From the human T2T-CHM13v2.0 reference genome, Homo sapiens, in NCBI RefSeq assembly GCF_009914755.1, contig NC_060928.1: a DNA stretch of 64,000 nt; one strand, 5' to 3'. Under the pieces are notes generated by a model. That model saw only the letters and a program-made list of their open reading frames with translations, was not told the DNA's origin and made no database searches. The position numbers and the translations under genes are program-made. Positions 26,349 to 37,822 of this stretch are shown in pieces (position 1 is the first letter of the stretch; the number at the start of each line of letters is the position of its first letter).

Positions 26349-27747
26349 TCTACTTTGAAATCAGATTTTTTTCTTATATACATATCCCACTTCTTTTCCA
26401 CATGTACCTCTTTTCAAGACTAAAGGGGGAAAGAAAAGATAGAGGAAGGAGGATGGCTTTCATCACTAAAGGTGCTATTAGCCAGCTGTATCCATTTGCA
26501 TATCAGATGGATGGCTCCCTTGCTATCTGTGATACTAGGATGTTGTGGTTCGGTGATATAATCAAACAGTAATCCCCCCATTCCCAATTATCATACCTGG
26601 AATGAGTCAATAAAACTGATGGGGTAAATCTTGCCAAAAGAATATTCAAACATCCCATATCTGGAGTTACTTCAAATATCCTCCAAGAGCCTTGATTTCT
26701 TCACCTCTAAAGCGAAGGTGTTGTTCTGCGCGAAGGCGTCTGAGGGGTCATGGAGCTCTCACATATTAGGACTGCATGTCTGGAAATGACACCAGAAAGT
26801 CAAAAAACAGCCTCAACTGTACAAGGAGAGGTTTGGGCAATACATTCTGGATGTCACAATGGGATCCGCTTTAATGTAATCTGTGAGATTTTCTTTTTAA
26901 ATTCCCACACTCTACCTAAGTCAAATGTCATCCTGGAGCTAATTTGTGAGCCTTGATAAAGTTTGGGCAGTAAGATCTTCAAAAATATTATTTCAATTGA
27001 ATCATTTTATATGTTAACTTTGAAAATGTCAACAGCAGGGGCTGTTGGAGGAGCTTAGGAGGTCTATGCATTTGCCATTTCAAAGGCTTAAGCCATCAGT
27101 GTAGGGGTGGGGGACAGCCTGCTGTGCTCCATGTTCTGTATAAACATTTCCAGAAATATTTAGCAGATAATAGGGCTCCCACTGGGGCCGTGTGTTCAAA
27201 GGCACCACGTTGAGCCACCTACCAGGAAAGATGTGGATGCCAAAGCTGAGAGTGCTCTGGTTTTTAGACTGGGTTCTTGCTTCCTGTACAGGATTTCCAA
27301 ATATACAAAGAAAGGGGAAACAACAGAAGCCCATCTTAAAGGAAAAGTGCTTAATGGATGCCAGAAGAAAATAACATAATGGTCAATGTCTGAGTAATAT
27401 TCAATAGCCTTCCATCATGCAGCAGGTCTGTGAAATAGTCAGACAACTTGAGAATTGAAGGCCAGAATTCACTGCTTGACAGACTAACACCCATCAATTT
27501 GAAAAGCTCTGAAATCCTTCTTGATTTTACGGAATAAAATTGGTTATGGTTAAAGTGACAGTGATCTCTTTTTCTACTGCATTTTACATATAAAGACATT
27601 AGTTTTTAGTTCTGAATTTGACTGGAAATTGATAAGTGAACAGGCAAAATTAAGACATAATCATTCTGAATGGTTTTATAAGAGGAAAGATAGAAGAATG
27701 AAAATGACACACACACACAAAAATACTATTATACATTGTAAATAATA

Positions 27748-28062
27748 TAGTTATGTGCCACATAAAGATGATGTGCATATATGTGGTCCCAAAACACTGT
27801 AAGACTATAATACCTTATTTTTAATGTACCTTTTATATGTTTACATACAGAAATACCATCATGTTATAATCACCATTCATTCTAGTAACAGACTGTACAG
27901 GTTTGTAGCGTAGGAGCAATAGGCTATACTATGTAGCATAGGTGTGTAGTACAATATACTATCTAGATTTGAGTTAGTAAACTTTATGATGTTCTCACAA
28001 AGGCTATATTGCCTAACAACGTGTCTCTCAGAACGCATCCCTGTTGTAAGCAACGCATAATG
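27748..28062. mobile_element. Tigger3a-like (TcMar) DNA transposon
   Basis: GTACAGGTTTGTAGCGTAGGAGCAATAGGCTATAC and CTCAGAACGCATCCCTGTTGTAAG. Confidence 0.8.
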
Positions 28063-28641
28063 AAAACATTGTGAATTTATTTATATACATGTTACACAAA
28101 CATTTATATTGCCATGTTTTAGTCAAGCAGTGTCCATGTACTAAGAATTTTTAAATGCTTGAGACCAGACTTCTGTCATCAAGAATCTTGCAAACTAGTA
28201 CAAGAGAAGGGTGCATACATGAAAAATTAACAATGCAATAAATGCCATTAAGGAAAGTAAAGTAAAATGTCCTGTTGGAGCCGGAGTGGGGAGTCGCCTT
28301 CCAATACTGCAGGAAGACACAGAAACTGTGCAATAGGCTTTGTTACACCAGCTAAAATCTAAGCCCAAAGGGCCAGTAAAGGTAAATATCCCTTTTCATT
28401 CTTAGGTAGCAATCACAAAAGAAAGGTTTTCTACAGTGAAACCTCTTCAAACATTTTTTTTCACAGTTTCATTTTTTTAGAGGCGACATTCTTTATTTTG
28501 TTCCCCTCTCCCATGAAACCTTGAATACCACTTTTTAGTCATTTTTGAAAGAAAGCCTTTCAAAATACGAGCCTTGAATCTGAGGAACCACCTGGGTGTG
28601 GGGAAGCTTCCTGCCTAAAGCTTTCTCATTCGCTTACCTTT

Positions 28642-28660
28642 TACTGACCTCTAGTGGCCA
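28642..28660 (-). promoter_or_regulatory. Candidate CTCF site
   Basis: Reverse complement TGGCCACTAGAGGTCAGTA matches the core CCASYAGRKGGCRS at 13/14 positions, in non-repeat DNA with several retained CpGs nearby. Confidence 0.6.
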
Positions 28661-30534
28661 TGTCTTGCTATGGCCTGGAAAGCCGATAGATTATTGTATT
28701 CTGAATTGCGTTAAATTCCGTCACTCAATTTCCCTTCTACCTGAATACTTAATTTTTCCACCCTCTTTCCATATAAATGCCAGCACAAATTTGGAGTCAA
28801 TACAAATTCATAATGTACAAAACACCCCTGCACACATGGAAGTACAAATAAAAAACCTTTCCTCATAATGTGGCTTAAAAAAAAAAACTGATTTCAGAAT
28901 TGTCTTAGATAAGACAGTGGACCTTAATGGCAATTACTGGAGCAGGGTGCCTCATAAGATTTCAGCCAGATATTGTACTAATATTTCTTTTATATGTCTA
29001 CTTTCAAAAACAACTAATTTCCTTACCCATTCTTATCTCATTCCAAAGAGAATTACATTCAGTCCAAGTTTCAGCTCAAGAGTTTATTGCTAAACAAGAA
29101 ATGCTCCCCTTGATTTATGAGGCAATTGGAAGGGGAAAACTCCCTCATCTATACCCACTAGACAGCAACCCCTTTGTTCCTTTGTACCATTTCTCTTGAA
29201 CTGCTTTCCATAAAGAAGAAATAAATTTGATCTATAAAGGCATTAATAGATTTGATTACATCTGTGTGGCAAATGGCTGGGTCATTGTGTCAGCAAAGGT
29301 ATTCTAAATGTTAATGCACAGCCTGCTCACTGCTCAACAGACTGGAAGCCAAGACAAGACTATGATGAAGATCTCAGTGTCACAAATTTGTACAATAACA
29401 CTCGGAACCTGAAAGTAGTTAGGACTTCTAAAATAATGATAATTAATACAATAATTTAAATAAACTGGAAGGAGAAAACAAGGAACACATGTAGGAATCA
29501 GGAGCTTGGGTTGACCAAAGGATAGAAAAATAAATCTACAATAATGAAACTGGGAAAACATTTTGTAGGACCAGTGGATTCTGGTTAACACCAATACCCT
29601 AGTCCATGTCTGCCAAATGGAAGAAGCTTTTATTCATAAAAAAGCACATATCAAATTCTATAAATCTCTCTCTCTCTCTCTGTCTGTCTCTGAATTTTTC
29701 CCTTCTTTTCATTTGGCTGGTATTTTAAGCATTCTCTTAGTCTAGCAATTGGGTAATCCAAAAGTGATTCCAACATACAATGTGATTTTCCTTCACACAG
29801 TCTAATTAAAACTTAATAAATTCTTGACACAGCAAAGAAGGGCTGTGCTGTCAGTGCAACAGAAATGAGATTAAAATATAAAAGAGTTTTTCCCCAGGGA
29901 TTTTGTCATCCAACAAAAAAGCTGACAACAAATTTTCTTTGGTCGAGGTCAAGATAGCTCTGTTCTACCCTCATAGGTATAAGAATAGATTGTGTAGATA
30001 TAAAGTATAGATAAATGTTTCCAAATATATGTCATCCAACCTTTACAAGCATAGAATCATAACAATTTTAGCCCCCAGAATTTCTTAATAATTAAAAATC
30101 CACCATTACAACCATTTTGATTCCAAGGAAAACACCTGCATTTTAACTAAAGGTCTTAGCAAATCAAACTAGAAAAAGCCTTTAAAAAGGAGATCTTAGG
30201 TCCCAGAGATACTCCCCTTTGAAAGATTATTGGGTAAATATGACTCATTTTGTTGAAAGTAAGGCAGTTTGGAGAATGACTTAGAAGGTAAGCAATCTCT
30301 CTTATTCTTTTTATTTAATTATACGAACTCAAAGTGCTGCAAAAGCCAAGAGATTCACAAGTCATTTGCTTCCTTTTTGGCTTTGAAGGCAAAAAATGTA
30401 GTATATTCTTTTCCACCCCAATAGTTCCTCTCACTGCATTTTTATTATACCTACACTCAGTGCTAAGAGCTCAAGTCTTCACTCAACGTCACTGTTGGGA
30501 GACCCAATAGCTAGATAAGAATACATTTAAAGTC

Positions 30535-31808
30535 TGCTATGATAGGAATATTTGTGTGCCCACAAAACTCATGTATTGAAATTCTAACTCCCAAAGTGAT
30601 GATATTAGGAGGTCGGCCCCTGGAAGGTGATTTAGGTCACATGAGTGGAGTTGGTGCCCTTGTAAAAGAGGCCCTAGAGAGCTCCTCACCTTTCCCATCT
30701 TGTGAGGACATGTTAAGAGTGAATTGTCAAAGGGCTAATATCCAGAATCTACAATGAACTCCAACAAATTTACAAGAAAAAAACAGACAACCCCATCAAA
30801 AAGTGGGCGAAGGATATGAACAGACACTTCTCAAAAGAAGACATTTATGCAGCCAAAAAACATGAAAAAATGCTCATGATCACTGGCCATCAGAGAAATG
30901 AAAATCAAAACCACAGTGAGATAACATCTCACAACAGTTAGAATGGCAATCATTAAAAAGTCAGGAAACAACAGGTGCTGGAGAGGATGTGGAGAAATAG
31001 GAACACTTTTACACTGTTGGTGGGACTGTAAACTAGTTCAACCATTGTGGAAGTCAGTGTGGCGATATCCTCAGGGATCTAGAACTAGAAATACCATTTG
31101 ACCCAGCCATCCCATTACTGGGGATATACCCAAAGGATTATAAATCATGCTGCTATAAAGACACATGCACATGTATGTTTATTGCAGCACTATTCACAAT
31201 AGCAAAGACTTGGAACCAACCCAAATGTCCAACAATGATAGACTGGATTAAGAAAATGTGGCACATATACACCATGGAATACTATGCAGCCATAAAAAAT
31301 GATGAGTTCATGTCCTTTGTAGGGACATGGATGAAACTGGAAACCATCATTCTCAGCAAACTATCGCGAGGACAAAAAACCAAACACCACATGTTCTCAC
31401 TCATAGGTGGGAATTGAACAATGAGAACACATGGACACAGGAAGGGGAACATCACACTCCAGGGACTGTTGTGGGGTGGGGGGAGAGGGGAGGGATAGCA
31501 TTTGGAGATATACCTAATGCTAAATGATGAGTTAATGGGTGCAGCACACCAACATGGCACATGTATACATATGTAACAAACCTGCACATTGTGCACATGT
31601 ACCCTAAAACTTAAAGTATAAGAATAACAAAATAAAATAAAATAAAGAATGAACTGTCTATGAGCCAGAAGTGGGCCCTCAGCAGACACTCAATCTGCCT
31701 TTATCCTGGACTTCCCACCCTCCAGGGTGGTGATAAATAAATTGTTATTGTTTATAAGCTACCCAGTTTATAGTATTTTGTTATAGCATCCTGAATGAAC
31801 TAAGACAA
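30535..31808 (+). mobile_element. MLT1A0-like LTR split by an L1 insertion (30535-30728, 31645-31808)
   Basis: TGCTATG start and AACTAAGACA end. The two halves join across the L1 TSD. Confidence 0.85.
30729..31644 (+). mobile_element. L1PA4-like 3' end, 5'-truncated
   Basis: ORF2 C-terminus, 3'UTR and A-rich tail. TSD AAGAGTGAATTGTC / AAGAATGAACTGTC. Confidence 0.95.
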
Positions 31809-31999
31809 AGTCCCAGCAAAACAAGAATACCAAGGGGAGGGAGACAAGGAAAGAGAGGAAAAAAAAAGTAAGAGAGAGATCCATTTATATACTTTGTTAT
31901 GTAATATTTCAGAATAAGAACAAATAGAGTTCTCATGGGGTGAAAAGAGCACTTTATTGAACATCCTTGCATTTGTTTAATTGCTATTATTTTATTTTT

Positions 32000-32230
32000 A
32001 GCAGCAGTGTAGTATCATAGTTAACAGCATGGACTCTGGAGTCAATAAACCTACAGCTGCATCCCAGCTCTACCATAAACTAGCTATTTTCTTCATCTAT
32101 AGAATAGTCATAAAAATAGTATCTAAGTCAAAGGTTTGCTATGATAAGTACATGAACTAATGTATGCAGAGCACTTAGTAAAGTACTTGGTATGGAAGAA
32201 ATGCTTAGAATCTTGCTATTACTATTATTC
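32000..32230 (+). mobile_element. MIR SINE
   Basis: GCATGGACTCTGGAGTCA and TTTCTTCATCTATAGAAT. Confidence 0.75.
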
Positions 32231-33724
32231 TATAGTACAAGTATTTTTAAAAAATTTTAGTTACATAAGCCGCGTTGAGAAGCTACAGAGCACCGAAACT
32301 TTGCATTCCTCAGGGCTCCGAAGTTATATTCCTGTCTTGCCCTGGATAATGACCGATTGCTGACTCTACACATAAACAATATGTTCTTGCAATCCATTAG
32401 ATTTAAAGGATAAATTATTAAAATTGCAGGGATTTTCTGACCTTAAGATGCCTATCTTGGCCCAGAGGAAAACCCATACACTTCAACAGGACAATAATTT
32501 ATACTCGTAGTAAAGACTAAAACTTCACATTGCACCTTATTTCTGGGTACCTGGGTACCTGCTGGAACCTCTGAGTGATTTTTAAAAAATTAGCTTGCTT
32601 CTTCCTGGTCTAAGTTTCTCAAATTGAATAATTTGATAAATAAAACAAAGAAATTGCAGAAGACAGATAAAAATATCACAATGAGTAGCAAATGAAGGCA
32701 ACTTGCAGGATGTGACTTGTGCCAGAAATAAGAACTCCCCACCTGGTAATGGTAGCAACGGACCTGGCTCAAATCCCCAGAAGTGGTGAGCAGGTGGGAG
32801 GCAGGAGCTGCCTGAACAGGGAGAAGCAGAGAAGCCCTCCCGACCTTCTGACTTCTTCCAAGAGGAAGAAAGACAGGAACGGAGCTATGCACACCCCATT
32901 ATTCTTTTCAAAAGGACCTTTTCACAGGGGCATAGTTAATGTACCAGGAGTGTGTTTACAGAAAATCTCTCATCATGAAAAGCATGAGTTATGGCAAAGC
33001 ATTTCTCACTCTAACATTTGACAGCTCCCTCTTACCCATTGGTTTTAACTATTAATCCTATAGTTGACCACGGGCGTAGTCATCATCCTGAGGGGAAGGA
33101 AGCAGCCTCTTCAGGGCAGTCCCGTTTCATCTCCTCCAGGACACTCCCCCAATAAAAGCTGCTCTTCCTCCTGGGAAGACCTACTGAGCAATTAGATTTT
33201 GCTCCCAGAAGGTTCTGATCTGGATCAAAACAGTACGTTGATTATACCAATCCCAAAGCTATTCTGGAAAGACAGCTGAAATTAACTCTCTTCTGTTTCT
33301 TATTCCATACATTTTTAGAAACACTATCTAGTACAACATTTCATATGTTTTCCAATGAGACCAGGTAATAATACTAGAATAAAGCATACTCCAATAATAA
33401 AATGCCAACAATAGAAATTCTCAAAATTTTAATATAAACCTCTTCCTATTATCAACATCCTAGTGAAAATTTAATGCTCAAGATTAAATCTTCTCGCAAG
33501 TTCAAAGAAATTAAAATCAAAAATTAAATTTTTTCCCTGTAATTTGAAGTGCAAAGTTTGGAATTCTTAAATAAAAGTCTAAAAACTATCCCCCTTAATT
33601 TATTATTCTTTTCATCAGATTTCTGAATGTTACCTGGATTAAGATATTTTGCTGTTTGGGGACTTTTTTAGCAGCACTGACTCTATCATCTCTCCCAGAG
33701 TCAACCTCATTACTTCAGGACCTG

Positions 33725-34020
33725 AATTAGTTAATGTAATGCCAACTGTATTTGGTGTAAATACCAAAATTTTAGTGTTTTAACACAATAAATGTTTATT
33801 TTATGTGGATTTCCCAGTTAGCAAGAAGGAAAGGAAATTGTGTTCTGCTGTATATAATCATTCAGGGGCTCATGCTGATGGAAGCTCTGCCATCTTGACA
33901 TGTGACTTCCAAGATCACCCTAGCCATCCAGATCTTGTAGGAAAATTGGGAAGAATAATAAAGAAGGCATGACCATGTCTTAACTCCCAAAGCCCATAAG
34001 TCACACATGAGAGGAAGGTC
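33725..34020 (-). mobile_element. Old MLT1 (K/L-like) LTR fragment
   Basis: AAATTTTAGTGTTTTAACACAATAAATGTTTATTTT and CATTCAGGGGCTCATGCTGATGGAAGCTCTGCCATC. Confidence 0.55.
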
Positions 34021-35521
34021 AGGCACCTCTGGTGGACGTCTGCCTGTACTACAGAATCCCAGAAATTAGTTTAGCTGAATGACAAGCTTTTAGCATGTCT
34101 CATTTGTCATAGAGTCCAGAATTAATGGGACACGTGGTTTATCATCTAGCACTAGAAAATTTAGAATATAAAGCAGTGCCCAATTCTAAAGCAGTTATTC
34201 CAGACAAATGTTATTTTATGAAACCAATTAAATATTGTTACCAAAGACCGTAACAGAAAAAAATCAATGATATCTACAGGAAGAAGAAAATCTCCCTAGT
34301 TTTAACCTGTCTGTCAGTATAGACAGCTGTCCAGAATCCATAATCTGTGGCTTTAAACTCAAATCAGGAACAATTTCTAGTCAATTTTGGACCTGTGCAT
34401 TTACTATTTATGAGGGATATTCACCTGTGCACAAAGTTCTAATTTCCATTTCCTACTTTAATTTCTATCAAGTGTTTCTGGCACTTAATACTGAACAAAT
34501 CATAGACTCTACCTAATAACAGAGCATTTACATCCTCTTATGAACAGGGTTTTCAATCTTGGGCCTCACAGAATATATCTAATGCTTTTTTGTTATGGAA
34601 ATATTTAAAAGAAAACAAAAGCTGGCTCCTGGGGAATGATTTTTCTCTCTTGGGTAATTAACCAATACAAAGTCAACTGGAGACCACCAGGTGTGAAGTG
34701 ACTCTTCACCTGTAGCAAGATCAGGTGATATTCAAAGTAAGCCTCCTTTGTTGCTGATGAACATACATGGAATTTGGGGTAGTAGATCCATCACTGCCTT
34801 CCTAGACCTGGCATTAATAATTTAAGGCTAGAACTTTACTCATGCTTTTTGATAAAGGTGAGCAGAACAAAATTTCTTCTGCCCAACAATGCCCCAAAAC
34901 TCCTTAAAGACTCTTTTTTCCCCTATGTCTCAGCCACACTTGCTTCGACCTAAATCTATCCTTCTAAAAGTTCGGCCCTATTTCATCCCTGCAGAATCAT
35001 TAAAAATAAACCTATTCTCTCTTTCTTCTTCAAATGAAGACAGCTGGCTCTAGAGAGACATGCCTAGTCCTCTTGGCCGTTTCTGATTTAGATGTTGCCA
35101 AGTTCTTTAGTCATTTTTGACTTACTTTCTCTGGAACAAGCTGTAATTTGTTTGTTTTTCCAAAAGTATAATCATGAGATCTGAATGTGATATTTTAGGT
35201 AAGGAATAAGTAGCAGAAGATATTCTACTCACTCATTTCATATCATGGATTTCCAAAAATCCTGACTTTGCTTGAATTGGCATTTGTTAGCCATTTACAT
35301 ATCAGGCTTAGTGTTAATTAAAATTTCAAGATTTTTTAGAAATTCTGATGCATATGTCCTTAATGCTGATGTTTTTAGCAACTAAGGGAATGTTTTTCAT
35401 CCAAGTTCTGAAAACTTAAATTCTTAAAACCACTTACTAGTTTTGTAAATCTAAATCACTTCCATATCTTTATGAACCTGTTTCAACTTAAATTGAGTTT
35501 ATAGTTGCCCTCTTTCAAGGT

Positions 35522-35909
35522 CATATTAGTTTGCTGAGGCTGCCATAATAAAGGACAATAGAGTGGGTGGTGTAAACAACAAATTTATTTTCTCACAGTT
35601 CTGAAAGATAGAAGGCCAAGACCAAAGTGTTCACAGGTTAGTTCCTCCTGAGGCCTCCCTCCCAGCTGGTAGACAGCTGTCTTCTCTCTGAGTCTTCTTT
35701 ACATGGTCTTCCCTCTGCGTGTTCGGTGGCCTCATCTCTCCTCTCCTTATAACAACACCAGTCATATTGGATTGGTGTTCCTATGACCTCATTTAACCAT
35801 AATCACCCCCTCAAAAATCCTATTTTCAAGTATAGTGACATTCTGAGGTAGTAGGGGTTAGGACTTCAGCATATTAATGGGTTAGGGAGACACAATTCAG
35901 CTCCTAACA
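35522..35909 (-). mobile_element. MLT1B-like LTR, inside a MIR remnant
   Basis: GCTGCCATAA...TTTCTCACAGTTCTG...ACACAATTCAGCTCCTAACA. Confidence 0.88.
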
Positions 35910-37439
35910 AGGGTGATTGTATAATAAAATGAAATAGTGCTAGTAAAGCATTCCCAGAATATATGGACTTTTTGATATGTCTCCAACATGTAGAGTATTT
36001 CCTGGCACGCAATATGTTCTTCGTTAATTAATATCTGTTGAATAAAGAAAATGAAATAAAGTAAACTGTTTTGCTAATTAAATGCTAATTAAATATTAGC
36101 TCCTTTCTTTCTCTCCTAAATCTCTTAAATTTCATTTTGCTGACAGATCTCAAATTATTCTCTACATGAATGTGTGGTGCACTCTGTTCATGGAAAACTC
36201 AGCACGATCAGAGAGTGTGCCTTGTTTTATTCCATCCTTCCAAAATGCTTAGTGAAACATTGTACACATGGAATAGTTCCTCAATAAATGCTTGTCAGCA
36301 GCCTGAATCAGATGATGGACCTTTATAGGAGAAAAGACAAAACTTTCTCTTTGCCCTCTGAAAGTTTGCTGAAAATCAACCAATAAAAGGCAGATTAGTA
36401 GGAGACAAGGCATACAAATATATTAGCATGGATGGAGGAAATCACAGAGCGATTACCCCACCACACAGTAAAGCACTGATGGCTAGATACCCTTCCTCTT
36501 AAGAGAAAGGGAGATAGGGAAGTGTGGATGATTTTAGGGGGGTAGTAAGTGACTCTTAGGGAGATTCAATGGGCTTGAAGAACAAACAAACAATGGCCTG
36601 GGACAAAGTCTGTTGAGCCCATCAAGCAAACAATAATTTGTGACAAAAGTCTGTCCAGGTGTGTTGACAGACTTCAGTCTTTCTTCTTTCAACGTGTGTT
36701 TCATTAATGAAAACTCAGGGAAGGGACCAGCGGTAATTGTTTCCTTCTTTGGCAGGTCCAGACTTTAGGCAGATAAGAGAACGTCAGAGAAAAATTTCAT
36801 CATGGGCTTTGAAAAGACAGGGGATTCAGAGACACAGAGGGGGAGGTCAGAGAGACCTTGAGGCATCTTCTTCAGTTCAGCACGTCAAAGCACCATATTT
36901 TGGGGTATCCATTTTTGAAGTTTCTGTCTGAAACTTCCCTAGACGTTTACACACTAAAATCTGAGTTAGCACCTGTGGAGAAAAAGTCCATCCTATAGCT
37001 GAATGGCAAAGGATCCCACTAAGCCAGTCTCCCATTTCTAGAAACAGGCCAGTCCATTTAAACTGTTGTGTCTCATTTCAGAAGATGGTGGTGCAGACAA
37101 GCTCTCAGAAGAAAAACAAAGGTTAATGTCTGGAATAGTCTATAAGCAGTTTCCTTATAGTCTGAAAGACAGTCAGACTCAAAGCATCTTCAGTTAAAGT
37201 GGAAGTAGGCAGTGGCAAGCTGATGAATTGTTCTCATTTGTAGTTTGTGTGTCACGAGGTTGTTTATACATGAGCTTCAGTTTGCAGAGCCTCAGAAAGA
37301 AAAGTAGCAACAGTTTCACTGAGTCTAAGTCAGAAAAATGGAAGAAAAATTTGGAAATGTTTGGAGACTAATAGCCAAGAAAGAATTCAAGATTCAGTTC
37401 AAATTGTAGGAAAGTGATAAAAACTTGAAGACAATGAAC

Positions 37440-37822
37440 ACCAGCCTGAGAAACGTAGGAAGACTCTGTTTCTACAAAAAAAAGGAAGAAAAAGAGAAAG
37501 AAGAAAGCAGTTAAGAAAGAAAGAGAGAGAGAAAAAAAGAAGAAAGGAAAGAAAGCAAGAAAGAAAGAAAGAAAGAAAGAAGAAAGAAAAGAAGAGAAAA
37601 GAGAGCAAGAAAGAAAGAGAAAGTTCTTCTAAATTAACCAGGCCTGGTGGCACCTGCCTATAGTCCCAGCTCCTTGGTAAGCTGACGGCTGAGGGAGGAT
37701 AGTTTGAGACCAGAAAGTGGAGACTGCAGTGAACTATGATCCTCCAGGGTGACAAAGCAAGACCATTTCATCAAAACCCAAAACAGAAAAACAGAAAAGA
37801 AGCAAAACAAAACAAAACAAAA
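37440..37822 (+). mobile_element. 5'-truncated AluJ with GAAA-expanded linker, inside the provirus
   Basis: End of left arm, purine tract 37475-37622, then a diverged right arm. Confidence 0.8.

Noticed and set aside
27210-27226. Second CTCF-like word (reverse complement CTGGTAGGTGGCTC)
   Set aside because: Three mismatches to the core, including the CCA positions.
32719-33021. 100-aa ORF in unique sequence
   Set aside because: Non-ATG start (GTG), no recognisable domain, and an overlapping opposite-strand ORF of equal length; chance-level.
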